Assembly: GCF_009914755.1 (NCBI RefSeq)
Contig: NC_060932.1
Direction: 5' to 3' (one strand)
DNA length: 64,000 bases
Source of the DNA: the human T2T-CHM13v2.0 reference genome, Homo sapiens
The notes under the pieces are model-generated. The model was not told the origin of the DNA, did not search any database, and was given only the letters and a program-made list of their open reading frames with translations. This document shows, piece after piece, positions 24,100-39,047 of this stretch. The position numbers and the translations under genes were made by a program. Position 1 is the first letter of the stretch, and every line of letters starts with the position of its first letter.

Positions 24100-24850
24100 T
24101 GTAGCCAGGTCCCCTCCCTCCAATCCCGCTCCTGCCTCCGTGGCCCACTCAGTGTCTCGATGGAGTTCCTGACATGTCCCCCTCCTGGACCCTGCTCCTT
24201 CCCATCTCAGGATCATGTGACCACGCACCCGGGACTCTGGCTCTGCTCATGGTGACAGTACACTTCCTCCTATGCCACTTCTGAGCATCCACAGCTGCCA
24301 GCTGCCCCTTGGAGACATATTTGTCACCCGGCTGGGCTGCCCTCCCTGTGGCTGGGGTCCCCCATGTGCCTGGAGGCAGCAATGGCTTCATGGCAGGTCT
24401 CTGTGCCCCTCCAGGAGGCCCCGGAGCAAGACCCCTGACTCCAACAGCATGGAGTCCTGACCATGCCCCGACTCTTGCCATCTCTGCCTGTACTCGGGTC
24501 CCACTAGGTGCCCTTGGCCTTCCTCTCTATGTTCCAGCTGCCTCCACTTCTGTCTACCTCTTTAACCTACTGGTTCCTTCCCACTGGGTCCTGTGGGCTG
24601 CTTTCCCCTGGACCTCCATGCATGGTGCTTTCTTCATCTTTTAGGTCTCAGCACAAAGCCCACCTTCTCAGAGAGGCCTTTGCTGGCTACACTCACACCC
24701 CCGCCCCAGCCCGAGCAGCTGCTATTCCACACTGTGCGTCTGAATGCCACCATTTCTCTGTTTCCTGCCCCATGAAGGAGGGTCTGCAGGGGCTGTCACC
24801 TGTCTCTGGTGCCCTCCAGCCGGAGCAGCCCCTCGGGTAGTGTCTGTCCT
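24100..24850 (+). mobile_element. LINE-2 fragments
   Basis: 'ttcttcatcttttaggtctcagcacaaagcccaccttctcagagaggccttt' is a classic L2 3' segment. Confidence 0.65.
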
Positions 24851-25279
24851 TGCCCACATGTGGGCTGCCTGCGTGGGGGGCAGAATGTGATGAGTGGGCT
24901 GTGCCACCTCACCTTGGCCTCTGGCAGGGTCCTCTCCATTAGCCAACCCTGCCTCTGACCCAGGAGCTGTCTTCCTTCCTGCTCCCAGAGTTTCCTCTCC
25001 CTCCATGGTGAGCCCAGGCTGTCTCGGAGCTCTGGGATTCTACCCGAGATGTCCACTCAGATGTCCAGGCAGGAAGGTGGAGGGGCCATTTTGAATGATT
25101 TCTCCTAGGAGAATGGCAAAATGCCCAGGGGGAGCGTGCCAGGACGGCACTGTCAGGGGTGCATTTCAGCTGGTACTGAAGAGCAGGGGGTGTGGAGGTG
25201 GCACAATCCACACATGAGGCTGAGGCAGGGAGGGCCCTGGGGATCTCTAGTGGCTCCTGATGGGAGGACCGACATGTGT

Positions 25280-25700
25280 GCATTCATGCAGTATCATTTA
25301 TGAACCTGCTCCTCTAGGCTGGGGGCTGTGCTCGGGGCCAGAGACACAGCCATGAATAAGGCACAGGTCTCTGAAGGGCCTGGTGGTCCAGAGAGGGAGA
25401 CAGACACATAGAAAATAGTGCATTGAGTACAGTGGCCTGAGTGTGCACAGTGAGTTAGGCGGTGCAGAGGAGAGATATCCAATTGAGCTTCTCCGAGGAG
25501 GTAACTCCCATGTGAGTCTTAAAAGATGAAGTGGGGAGGGGCTTCCAGCAGGAGCCAAGGCAATGAGGCCAGGAGCAGAGCTGGGTGCAGTGGGCTGGCG
25601 GAAGATGATGGAAGTGGTGTGAAAGGTGGTTAGGGGCCCGTCATGGGGCCTCATGTGCCGGCTGCAGGGAACAGAGCTGAAGCCACGGGTGTCCTGGGCT
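25280..25700 (-). mobile_element. LINE-2 3' region
   Basis: 'cattcatgc...ctgtgctcggggccagagacacagccatgaataaggcacagg...gcttctccgaggaggtaac...tgagtcttaaaagatgaag'. Confidence 0.8.
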
Positions 25701-26190
25701 CAGGGCCTGGCAGCAGGCAGCAGGGGCTGGATGCTCACCTCCCGCAGGTTAATGGCACTCAGAGCTTCTGCAGGATGGCAGGACTGGGGCTGGCCTCCTG
25801 GCTTCAAGCCAGGGCTGTCCCTCTCCCCTCCACCCCACTTGAAAAAGGCAGCAACAAACACACAAAATAAGACTCGCTGGGGCCAACTGGGGCTGCACAT
25901 GGGCCAAGACAGGCAAGTCAGTGGGAAGATGCAGAAAGAGACTTTCACCTGGGGGCCCAGCCAGGCCCTGGGATCTGTAAGGGGACTGAGGCACAGGAGC
26001 CTCCACTGCCATCATGAAGCCTGGCTCTGTGCTTCTGTGTGGAGTGCTGGAGGGTTGGGAAGAAGTGCCCAGTAAACCAGACAGGGAAGAAGAAAGATGA
26101 AAGTAAGGCAGACAAACATAACCCCCACTACTCTCTATGAACCTGTAAAGCAAAATTCCAAAATGCATGAAGAACTACAATGCTCAGGCA

Positions 26191-26664
26191 GCTCAGGAGC
26201 AGGAGTGTCTTGGACAGGTGCGGATGACAGGTGTGGCCCTGGAGAAGGGTGATGGGGAAGGATTGGGAGGATTGGAGGATTGGAGGATTAGAGGATTGGA
26301 GGCTCAGGAGCAGGAGAGGCCTGGACAGGTGCAGATGACAGGCGTGGCCCTGGAGAAGGGTGACGGGGAAGGATTGGGAGGATTGGAGGATTGGAGACAC
26401 AGGAGCAGGAGTGTCCTGGACAGGTGTGGATGACAGGTGTGGCCCTGGAGAAGGGTAATGGGGAAGGATTGGGAAGATTGGAGGATTGGAGGATTGGAGG
26501 CTCAGGAGCAGGAGAGGCCTGGACAGGTGCAGATGAAAAGTGTGGCACTGGAGAAGGCTGATGGGGAAGGATTGGGAGAATTGGAGGATTGGAGGCTCAG
26601 GAGCAGTAGTGTCCCAGACAGGAGCAGATGACGGGTGTGGCCCTGGAGAAGGGTGATGGGGGAA
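26191..26664. repeat. Minisatellite, ~4.7 units (111/95/103/95 bp + partial) with nested GGATTGGA 8-mers
   Basis: Units start at 26191, 26302, 26397, 26500 and 26595; unit lengths differ by multiples of 8. Confidence 0.95.
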
Positions 26665-26840
26665 GAGTGGAGAGTGATTTGGGAGGCAGAATCAACAGGG
26701 GTGGTGACTGAGGGGAAACAGGAAGTGGAGACTCATGGGTGACCTCCAGGTGTCTGGCTTGCTTGTGACAGAGGGCACTGACTGAGGGCCAGGACCAAGT
26801 GGGAAGACATGGGTTTGGCTGACACTGCTTGGGGCTGCCT
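26595..26840 (-). mobile_element. LINE-2 fragment, source of the minisatellite
   Basis: 'tttgggaggcagaatcaacaggggtggtgactg...gggtgacctccaggtgtctggcttg' matches reverse L2. Confidence 0.7.
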
Positions 26841-27308
26841 TTCTGCCTCACTCCTCATTTTGCTTTTAGGTAGAGAGACTTGAATGATGCTGGGATATTG
26901 GGTGAAAGTAACCAAGCATGCCCTTTACCTTCTCCTGATGGTTTTGTCTCTGAGAAAGACTTTAAAATAAGTATGTTTAGGTTACTTAAAGAGGTTAGCA
27001 AAGGTACAGTTATTCAGAAAGAATAAGAAATTACGCAAAGAGAAAAGCAGAAACAAAACAAGACCGAAAGGATATGTATAACTAAATAAAAACCCTGGAT
27101 ACAGAAGAAAAAAAAGAAATAGAGCTGTCAAAAATGAAATGCAATAGATAATGTAAACCTAAGAAGGATGTCATTAAGAGAGAAGTACTAACTGGAAGAC
27201 CATGCTGAAGAATTCACCCGTAATACATCACAGAGACAAACAAATATAAAAACACGAAAAAGCAATCAATAGGGTTGAGGGAGAGATGGAGACCCTCCCA
27301 CTGGGTGA

Positions 27309-27626
<318 letters not shown>

Positions 27627-27791
27627 AGAAAAGCAATTTTTAATGAGATAATGGCTGAGAATTTTTCAGAAATGGAGAGTCACATTAGTCCTCAGATTAG
27701 GAGAGCCCTCTGAGAAACTGAGTCAGATAAATAAAAATACCCTCCCCATGGTACCTTATTGCTATAATGGAGAATATAGAGGATGAAGAAG

Positions 27792-28245
27792 TGTGATGGC
27801 TAATTTTATGTGTCAATTAGACTGGGATAAATGATGCCCAGAGAGCTGGTGAAACACGATTCCTGGGTGTGTCCATGAGGGTGTTTCTGGAAGAGGTGAG
27901 CATCTGAATCAGTGGACTGAGTAAAGAACACCCCCATCATGAATAGGGATGGGCATCATTCAACCTGTTGAGGACCTGAATAGAGCAAAGAGGTGGAGAA
28001 ACAGCGAATTCTCTCTGCTTGAGCTGGAACATCCATTGTCCCCTGCCCTCAGATATTGGATCCTCTTGTTCTCAGGCCTTTGGGTTTGCACTAGAACTAC
28101 ACAACCAGTACTACCGGCTCTCCAGCTTGCAGACAGTAGATCGTGGGATTTCCAGGCTTCCATAGTTGTATGAGCCAGTCCTTCATAATACATTTCTTTC
28201 TACATATTTACATATATCCTACCCTGGAGAATCCTGACTAATACA
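27792..28245 (+). mobile_element. ERVL solo LTR (MLT2B/C/D-like)
   Basis: Starts 'tgtgatggctaattttatgtgtcaa', ends 'ctggagaatcctgactaataca'; TG...CA termini. Confidence 0.9.
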
Positions 28246-28960
28246 AAAGGCAATCTTCAAAGCCATCAGAGCATTTCTGCTTCCAACAAAGATGGAATAA
28301 CAGAAATCATACTTATTCTCCCACATGAAATAACTCCCAAATCAGACATAACAGGAAACAATAGCTTTCATAACACTGGGGGTCCAGTAATGAAAGGTGG
28401 ACCCTGATATATGAGAAATGAATGAGGAGATCCCTAAAATTGCCCCAGTTATGGGCGTGAGAGTTTTCAGGCCACAGGAGGAAGGGAACTGAAATACAGC
28501 CTGGCGATCTCTCTGGGTTGAAGAAAGGGGACAGAGAGTTGAGGAGAGTTCCCAGGGCGGAGTACCAGAGAGAAGATACAAAGGGAAGTGTGGACAGCTG
28601 CAGAGAGTCCCCCTTGAGTAATCAGCCAAGTACTGATCAGCACATACGTATGAAAGAACTAACTGAGAATGGAGAACTGAGAACGGAACTAACTGAAAGG
28701 ACTAGATGAAACAGTGCCGATGTTTACACAGGGCCAGGAGTAGTGCCCATCCCCACCAGCTAGATTGGAAAACCCCACAATTCATGGGGTCATTGGCGAG
28801 AGTATACAGCAGGTCTTACCAAAGAGTGGGGAATAATTCACTGTAGATTGAGGTCTTCTTTGATCACGTACAACAAATGTTAAAAGCAAGATCTGAAAGT
28901 ATCAAACTCTTTCTAAGTAACTTGACTACATCCACAACAAAGTTGAAAAATATTAATAGG

Positions 28961-29202
28961 AGGCTTGGAGCAGTGGCTCATGCCAGTAATCCCAGCATTT
29001 TGGAAGGTGAGGTGGGAAGACTGCTTGAGCCCAGGAACTTGTGACCAGCCTGGGCAACATAGTGAGACATTGTCTCTATAAAAAATCAAAAAAATGCGGC
29101 AGTAGGATCATTTGAGCCCTTGAGGTTGAGGCTGCAATGAGTGTGATCACACCACTGCACTCCCACTGGGGTTATGGGAGTGAGATTCTGTTTCAAGAAA
29201 AA
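28961..29202 (+). mobile_element. AluJ with deleted start of the right arm
   Basis: J diagnostics 'tgcttgagcccagga', 'ctgggcaacatagtgaga' and 'gaggctgca'; the right arm resumes directly at 'ggcagtaggatca'. Confidence 0.9.
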
Positions 29203-30267
29203 GTGACAGGAATACAAAAAGCATTCAGCACCCAACAAAATATAATTCACAATATCTGGCTTCCAACAAAAAATTACCACTCATGAAGAGAAACAGGAAA
29301 TACAACCCATAATGAGGAGAAAATCAGTTGAAATCAATCCAGAAGACAGATATTCAAATTAGCAGACAGGACTCGAATATATATATGTTCACAACCTGAG
29401 TAGAAATAGAACTCATGAATATAAATTTTAATAAATGGAACAAAATAGTTAAGTGGAGGCATAGAAGTTGTAAAAATATGACTCGAACTTCTAAAAATGA
29501 AAACTTCAATGTGTGAGATAAAAATTATACTGGAAGAAATTAATAGTAAAGTTGACAGTGAAGACAAAAAGATTAGCTTGAGGATGAGCTTGAAGACACA
29601 GTAATAGAAACCATCCAAAACGTAACTGAAAGAGGAAAGAGAATTTAAAAAAAATGAGCAAAAATCAGTGAGCTGTGGAGCAACTTCACATGGATGAATA
29701 TGTGGAAAATTGAAGTCCCCCAAGTGGAGGAGCACTAAAAAGTATTTGAAGAAATAACAGCAAAAAATTTATAGGTCAATGAAAACTGTAAACCCAGAAC
29801 TCCAGGAAGCTCAACAAATCTCAAGCACAGAAACATGAAGAAAACTGTGCTGAGGCACAGCATAATCAAATTGCTCAAAGCCAATGACAAAGGGGAATCT
29901 CCAACACAGCCAGCTTTTTTCAGGGAGTGGGAGTCACACACATCTGGAAGAAAAACAGCAAGGATGACAGCTGGTTTTTTAGTGAAGACGATGTAGGTGG
30001 GAAGACAATGGGGGCAATATCTTTAAGCACTGGGAAAAGGCCATCAACCCAGCATTGTATACTTAGTGAACATGTCTTTCAAAAAGAAAGTAAAGATTCT
30101 TCTAGATAGTCATAAAAGCCAAAAAGTAGGCATCATCATCAGACTTGCACTAAAAGAAATATTAAACAACGTCCTTCAGGCAGTAGGTAAGCGATACACA
30201 ATGAAATTAGAATCTGCCCAAGAGAATGAGGAGCACAGGAATAGGCACTGCATGAATACGTAGATAA

Positions 30268-30610
<343 letters not shown>

Positions 30611-31049
30611 CAAAACTGACTTTTAAATAAAAATAGTAACAATGATAACAAAATCTGTGTATGTAGATGTGAGGCACATATAACATCATAAAAGTGTGAA
30701 ATGTAAGACAATAACAGTGCAGTACAAGGCTGAAAGTGCCCAGAATGGAAGGATGCTTTCAGAAGACTTTTATCCTATATGTGAAGTGGTGTGGTATCAC
30801 TTGAAGGTAGACTGTGATAAATTTAAAATGTACACTAGAAATCCTAGAGCAAGCACTAAAATAACAAAAGAAAGACTTATAGGTAATAAGCCAACAAAGG
30901 ATATAAAATATAATCATAGAAAAGTTAACACAAAACAAGGCAGAAAAAGAGAAAAAAGAAACAATGAACAAAAAGTTTATTTCTACAACTAGAAAAAAGT
31001 AATAAGGTGTCAGATTTAATTTTGGCTATATAAATAATCAGAGTAAATG

Positions 31050-31415
31050 TGGAAAAGGAGAAATGAGTAGATGTAGCACAGAGGATTTTTAGGGCAGTAA
31101 AACTATCCTGTATGATACCATAGTGGTGGACACATGACTTTGTACATTTGTCAAAACTCATAGAATTGTGTAACACAGAGCGAACCCTAATGTTAACTAC
31201 GGAATGTAGTTAATAAAAATATATCAATACTCAATATATTAATTTTATATATAAATTGTAACAAGTGTACCACTCTGATGCAAGATGTTGATAATAGGGG
31301 AAACTGTGAGCAGAGAGAAAGGGGAAACATCAAACATGATAGAAAGGGATACATGTAAGCTGTCTGTACTTTCTGCTCAACGTTTCTGTAAAATGCTCTA
31401 ATGATTTAAAAAAAA
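31050..31415 (+). mobile_element. L1MC1/2-type 3' end inserted in the ORF2 endonuclease region of the older L1
   Basis: 'agcacagaggatttttagggcagtaaaactat...acatttgtcaaaactcatagaa...gaaccctaatgttaactac...ctgtactttctgctcaa' followed by an A tail. Confidence 0.85.
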
Positions 31416-34400
31416 GTTGGAGTGGCTACATTAATATATGATTAACTAGATTTCAGTGCAAAGACTATTACCTGGAAAAAAAAAGCATTTCATTATAATA
31501 AAAGGGTCAAGTCACCAAGAGAGCAAAATCCTAAATGTTTATGCACCTAATAACAGAGCTTTGAAATATATGAGGGATAAATTGATAGAACTGAAAGGAG
31601 AAGTAGAAAAATGCACAATTATGGATGAAGATTTTAATACACCTCTTTCAATAATTGACTGAATCAGTAGACAACAAAAGCACTAAGTGTATAGGAGATT
31701 TAAACAGCACCATTAACTAACTTGATCTAATTGACATTTATAAAACACTCCAGCACCAACAGCAGAGTATACGTTATTTTTGAGAACATGTGAAACACTT
31801 ATCAAGCTAGACCGTATTTTGGGCCATAAAGTAATTCACAATAAATTTAAAAGGATTCAAGTCTTATAAAGTATGTTCTCTAACCGCAATTGAATTGAAG
31901 TGAAAATCAATAATGGAAAGATATCTGAGATATCTCCAAATATTTGAAAATTAAATAAGACACTTATAAAATATGCATGGGTCAGGGAAAAAATAGAATG
32001 GAAGTTAGAAAGTACTTTGAACCAAATTGACATGACAAGATAAAATCAGAATTTTGAGGATGCCATTACAGCAGAAGTTAGGAGGAAATTTATAGCAGTA
32101 ATTAGAAAGAGAAGAACAAATTAAATCCTAAGTAAGCAGAAGAAATGAAACTATAAACATACTGAAAATGAAATTGAAAGTATAAAAATAGAGAAAATCA
32201 ATGAAATCAAAAGCTAGTTCTTAGAAATAAACAAAATTTATAAACTTCTAAACAGACCAGTTGTGAAAAAATGAGATAAGACACAAATTACTGATATCAG
32301 GATTTAAAGAGGTAACCTCATTAGAGATCCTACAGATATTAACAGAACAATAAAGAAAACCAACTTTCATCAATACATCTGACAACTTTGATAAAATGGA
32401 TAAATTCTGTGAAAACTACAAATTCATGTCAGAAGAAGCAGATTACCTGATTAGTCCTTTATCTAGTAGAGAAATTGAAGTGGGAGTTAAAACTCCCTCA
32501 AGGAAGCTAGTCCCAGATGACTTCACTGGTGAATTCTACCAACCATTTAGGGAAGAAATAATATCAATTCTATACAAAATTCTTCCAGAAAATTGAATGG
32601 GATGGAATACTTTCCAACTCATTCTATGAAACTAACATTATCCTAATACCAAAACTAGACAAAGATATTACAACAAAATAAAACCATAGGCCAATGTCTC
32701 TTATGTACATAGATGCATAAATTCTAAACATAATTGTAGAAAATCAAATTCAACAATATATGAAAAGGATAATATATCATGACGATGTGGCGTTTATCTA
32801 CCAGGAATGCAAGGTTGATTTAACGTTTGAAAAATTAATCTACCTAGTTTACAAACCGAAAAATAAAAATTATATAATCATCCTAATAGGCTCAGAAAAA
32901 GTATTTGACAAAGTCCAACATCCATATTTTTAATAAGAACCTTCAGTGAATAAGGTATAGAAGGGAACTTCCTCAAGCTGATAAAAGGCACCTATGAAAT
33001 ATTTGCAATAAACCACCTTCTTAATGATAAAAACCTGAATGTTTTCTCCTTATGATCAGAAACGAAATACAGATAGTCACTCTCATCATTTCTATTCAAC
33101 ACTGTACTGGAAGTTGTAGTCAGTTCAACTGGCATGAAAAAAAAATAGAAGTCATGCAAATTGGAAAAGAAAATGAAGTAAAATTGTCTTTATTCACAGA
33201 CAACATGATTGTCTTTGTAGAAAATCTAAGGAGATCTGAAAAACAAGAAAACAAACAAAACCCAAACCTACTAGAACTAATAACTGAGTCTAGCAATGTT
33301 GCAGGATGTAAGATCGATATACAAAAGTAATTTTATTTCTACGTATTACCAAAAAGCAATTGGAAATTGAATTTTTTGTTCAATTTGGCATCAAAATTAA
33401 AGTAGCATTAAAATTATGAAATACTTAGGAACAAATCTGGTAAAAGATATGGATGACCTGTGCATTGGAAAACAACAAAACATTGCTGAATGAAATTAAA
33501 GATCTATATAAATGGGAGAGATATACCCTGTTCATGTATCAAAAGATTCAATATTGTTACGATATTAACCTACTTCAAATTGATCTGTATATTCAATGCA
33601 ATCCCAATGAAAATGTAAGCAGTTTCTTTTTAAAGAAATTGTCTAACTGATTATAAAATTTGTACAGAAATATAAAGGTCCAAGCATAACTAAAACAACT
33701 TTCAAAAAAAAGAACAACATTGGATGATTAACACTACCTCATTTCCAGACTTTCAAAACTACAGTAATCACAACATTGTGGTATTGACACAAAGGTAGAC
33801 AAGTATATCAATGAAACAGAATAAAGAGTGAAAAAACAGATCCACATATATTGGACAAATGATTTTCAACAACAACAAAAAATGATTTTCAACCAAAGTC
33901 AACAAAGGTGCAAAAGCCATTCAGTGGAGACAGAACAGTCTTTACAGCAAATGGTGCTGGGACAATTAGTCATATATGCAACACCCCTACCGACTCAAAA
34001 AGGAGCTTTAATCTATTCCTTGCACCATGCACAGAAATTAACTTACAATGGATTATAGACCTAAATATGAAAAACAAAACTATAAAACTTTTGGAAGAAA
34101 ACATAAGAACAAAAACTTTTGTAGCCTTGGGTTAGGTGGGTTAGGCAAAGATTTCTTAATATGACACCAAAAACATAGTAAAAGAATGAAATGAATTTCA
34201 CAAGGTTTTAAACATCTGCTCTTTGATTGACACTGTTAATAGAATGAGAAGGGAAGCTAAATACTGGAAGAAAATATTTGCAAGTCATATATCTGATACA
34301 GGACTCATATGCAGAACACATAGAGAACTCTCAAAACTCAGTAATAAGAAAACAATAAAAAATAGGCAAAATATAGGAATAGACATTTCGATAAAGATAA

Positions 34401-34780
34401 CAGGCTGGCAAATAAGCACATGAAGAGATGTGCAACAGTGTTAGTCACGTAAAAAATGTAAATTAAAACCCCACTGAGATGCATCTACTTGCCTACTCAG
34501 GTGGCTGCAGTGAGAAAGACTGATCATTCTAAGTGCTGGGGAGGATGTGGGAGGACTGGAGCTCTCAAAGCCTACTGATGGGAATGGAAATGGTACATTT
34601 ACAAACTTTGGAAACAAGTTTGATGGTGTCTTTAAAAGTTAAGCATACACTTACCATAGGATCCAGCCATACTTCCCCGGAGAGAAGAAAGTGTGCCTCT
34701 CAGCAAGGCTTACACACGAATATTCACAGCAGCTTTATTTATAAAAGCTGAAAAATGAAAACAGCCCAACCGCCATCCAC
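31416..34780 (+). pseudogene. Decayed L1 ORF2 (endonuclease/reverse transcriptase) with many stops and frameshifts
   Basis: ORF 31456-31662 'ILNVYAPN...DFNTPLS' (EN); 32396-32596 'PDDFTGEFYQ'; 33052-33330 'EVKLSLFTDNMIV' (RT, FADD decayed); 34223-34423 'WKKIFASHISDTGLI'. Confidence 0.92.
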
Positions 34781-34974
34781 ATGCAAATGGATAACCCACG
34801 GTGATGTGTTCCATCCATGCCGAGGAATACCATTCAGCCATAAAAAGGAACGGATCAGAAACGCATGCAACAGTGTGGACCAATCTTAAAATAGTTGTGT
34901 GGACTAGAATGAGCCAGTCCAAAACAGAATCCTGAAACTCCCCTACTCTGCTAACGGGAGAAAGTGATTTCCAT

Positions 34975-35750
34975 GTACAAACCAACAAAATGTTAGTATC
35001 CAGAACATGAAGAGCATCTACAAATCAGTAAGAAAAAGACCAAGAAAACCTTTACAGAAAAATAGATGAAGAGTTTAAACAGCCAGTTTACAAAAGAGGA
35101 AACAAAATGGCAAGTAAGTACATAAAAAGAAGTTCAATCTCACTACTACTTGGGAAAAATGACAATTAATTCAAAGAAATGCCATTTCCCACTCTGCAGA
35201 TGGGCTAATGCTAGAAGTTGGCCAGCACCAAGTGAGGTCAGGATATGGGGCACGAGCCGTCCCACCCACTGCTCATGAGTGGACGTTCCCACCACCACCC
35301 GGTGCAGCCGCTCATGGCCTACGACCCAGCAATACTGCTTCTAGAAAGTTCCACATGGCATGCACAGACAGACGTTTCTAAGATTGCTCACTGTGGCATC
35401 CTTGCACTGGCAAAATTGAAAACAGCCTACCTTGCCCACCAAGTACTGGTGAGTCAACTGTAGTGTATTTAATAAGAGGGCAGGCATTTAAAATGTGAAC
35501 TAGAGCTACATCTACCAATAAGGATAAATTGCAGAGATGACTGTGAGTGAGAACCTCTAGCTGGGGGAGGTGAGTACAGTAACATGGTATTCGGTAAAGT
35601 TTGAAACCCTGCAAAAGAACATTCTCTATTGTTTATGGGAACATAAAAATGTAGTAAAAGTGGGAAACACAAGCAAGTGATAAACGTCTGATTCCTTGCG
35701 GTGGTTATCTCTGGAAGGGGATGGAGGGGGACGGAAATGAGGAGGGTAGC
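34975..35750 (+). mobile_element. L1ME-type ORF2 end and 3' UTR fragment
   Basis: 'ttagtatccagaa...ctacaaatcagtaagaaaaagac...cagtttacaaaagaggaaac...gacccagcaatactgcttctag...aactagagctacat...gtggttatctctgg'. Confidence 0.8.
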
Positions 35751-35869
35751 TGGCCCGGCAAAGGTCCCTCCGCCATGACAGGGTCAGCACCGGTGTCAGG
35801 GAGGCTGGATCTCTAGGCTGGGGTCTGAGAAGGTGACAGGGGCGGGGGTCCCTGCTGCAGAAACTCCAC

Positions 35870-36240
35870 AGGGACAGAGGCCGGGAGAGCATTTCCAGGA
35901 CAGAGGGAGCGCCAGTGGCAAAGCTGGGGGTGACTTGAAGCCGGAAACTGGGGATTCAAGTCCTTCCCCTGAGGGTGGGGCACGCGCAGATGATGTGCCA
36001 GGTGGGCCCTGATGCAGACGTCACAGGCCTGGGCTGCGTCACTGAGTCCTGGGACTTGGTTCTGGAGGCCAAAGAAGCTGGTTGAAGAAATGTGAGGGGG
36101 ACGGCCGGGGCCCAGGGGAGGCGCCTTTGGGAGTGGATGGAGGGCCTGGGCAAGTTCAGTTAGAGGGATGCAGCTGGGGGAGATGGGACACCCCGGTGGG
36201 GAGATGCCCTAGAGGGCTCCGCTCTGGCTGCTGGAGGCGT
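35870..36240 (-). mobile_element. LINE-2 fragments (degenerate)
   Basis: 'gggagagcatttccaggacagagggagcgccagtggcaaag'. Confidence 0.55.
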
Positions 36241-37077
36241 GCCCACCCCCAGGAGTGCTTCCTTGCACCAGCACCTGCAGCTGGAGGAGGCCCCTGCCGG
36301 CCTCAGCCCTCTGTAAACTCAGAACCTGCTTTCAGCTTTCTCAGGGCTGGCTGAGAATCCTCCTTAGGGCAGAGTTACTGCTCCTGACTCTCAGGGCCTG
36401 CCCCAGGCAAGGCAGTGCAGGCAGTGCCTCGGTTTCCCCCTCATTCTCTCACCCCCCCACTTGGCTTCCAGGGTCTCCTTCCCCTGCTGAGACAGGCCCT
36501 GGGCTGCAGGCCGAGTCCTGCCCCAGCAGGTCACAGGAGCTGCAAGCTAGGCTGGACCTCAGAGTGGCTTAACAAGGCCCTTCCTGAGTCCCGGCATCGG
36601 AGTGGCTGTGGGGTTGGCAGCACTTCCGGGAAGTTAGGGATGGCCGTCCTGGGCACTCCCAGACCCATCATCTTCACACACGCTGTCCCCCTCCCCTGCC
36701 AGGCAATTCGGGGCTCTCCTCCCAGTGCTGGGGGAGCTCCAGCCTCTCAGCTGCTCCGTGAAATCAGAACCCGAGACCAGTCCATACCCGGCTCAGAGTG
36801 ATGGTGCAGAGAGCCCTGCAGGCTGCATTCGCTGGTGTCCTGGCCAGGCGAGAACTGAGGGATCTCGGGCCCCACAGCCTCTCCCCTTTTGTTCATTCAG
36901 AGTCCACACATCCACATTGCTTCTCAGTGGGTCCTGCAGCCCTGCATGGACCATGCCTGCCTGCAGCTTCCCACGGGGCTGTTCCCACTTGCCACGGGTA
37001 CCTTCTCTGATAGGTTTGTTAAGTGCATCAGCACCTGTGAAGCCTCACGAAATATGTCCCATTGTTTGTGTGACCTC

Positions 37078-37348
37078 TTTTTTTTTTGAGACGGAGTCTC
37101 GCTCTGTCACCCAGGCTGGAGTGCAATGGTGTGATCTGGGCTCACTGCAAGCTCCACCTCCCGTGTTCACACCATTCTCCCGCCTCACCCACAGGCGCCC
37201 ACCACCACACCCGGCTAATTTTTTTGTATTTTTAGTAGAGATGGGGTTTCACCATTCACAGGATGGTTTCGATCTCCTGACCTTGTGATCCGCCCGCCTC
37301 AGCCTCCCAAAGTGCTGGGATTACAGGCGTGAGCCACCGCACCCGGCC
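37078..37348 (-). mobile_element. AluY variant with internal deletion and TSD
   Basis: 'gcaagctcc' and 'ttcacaccattct'; variant 'accattcacaggatggt'; ~19 bp missing before 'acaggcgccc'; TSD 'gtgtgacctc' at 37068 and 37350. Confidence 0.93.
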
Positions 37349-37689
37349 AGTGTGACCTCATTTTAAAGTCTAATTTGTTAGACTTAAATAAGGTCTAATA
37401 GCAGAGGCTTAAAGCAAGCTTGTGCCTTGGGGTTCATTGCCCCGTCCATTGGCATAAGGAAGACGTGACCAGGCAGCCTGGTGAGCCTAGGAAGAGGATG
37501 AGAGGCCCATGGGGCAGAACCAGCTCACCCTGATTATCCCAACAAGACGGACAGCCAGTAGACCCCAGCCGCATGAGCAAGCCCAGCCCAGACCATGGCA
37601 GCTGACCTCCCCACACCAGCCCCTGCCCCTCCCTAAGGCTTATTGTGTGCCACTGCAGCTTTGGGGTAGTTAACGCTGCTTCCTTGGAG

Positions 37690-38430
<741 letters not shown>

Positions 38431-39047
38431 TTGTTTTTATAGAAAGGGCTGCTCAGGCTCCCCAGGGGCAGGGCTGTGCCACCATCACATGACCAGTCAT
38501 GAATAGTACTGGACTCAGGCCCGAGATCTGGACTCCTAGTCCTTCTCTTTCCCCAGTCTGGGCTCCAGTGTGTGTGGAGTGGGCTTCCCCTGGAACCAGC
38601 ACCATAGCCCTCACCAGCAACAGCAAGGTGCGACTGGCATCCTTACTTCTCCCAGGGCCTTCCTGGTCAGCTGAGGGTTGCAGGGGCCATGCTGACTCCT
38701 CCTGGTGTGTGTTTCTTGGCTGAGCTGTCACCAGGGTATTAACTATTGTTGCCATATATTAATGCTACAGACAGTGCATGTTAGATCTCAGTATCAGCAA
38801 AATGAGCAAAGGAAATTCATTTTTTGTTAACTTATGAGAGATGTGAGACTGATTGCTTTCCAGACACTGGGATCTATGAGAAAGTGCAGGATAAATGAAC
38901 ATTATTCGAGGCCACCTCTCCATTCCTGGCCACTCAAGGAAGACTTGGAAATGATAAACTGGGAAAATAACATCCTTATGGCATCCTCTGGTCTTCCCAT
39001 AGATGCATGCCCATGACCTCACCTCACATGCATGGCGGAGCTGTGAA

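Noticed and set aside
26128-26631. Repeat-protein ORFs (EQERPGQVQMTGVALEKGDG)
   Set aside because: Translations of the L2-derived minisatellite; unit lengths break the frame.
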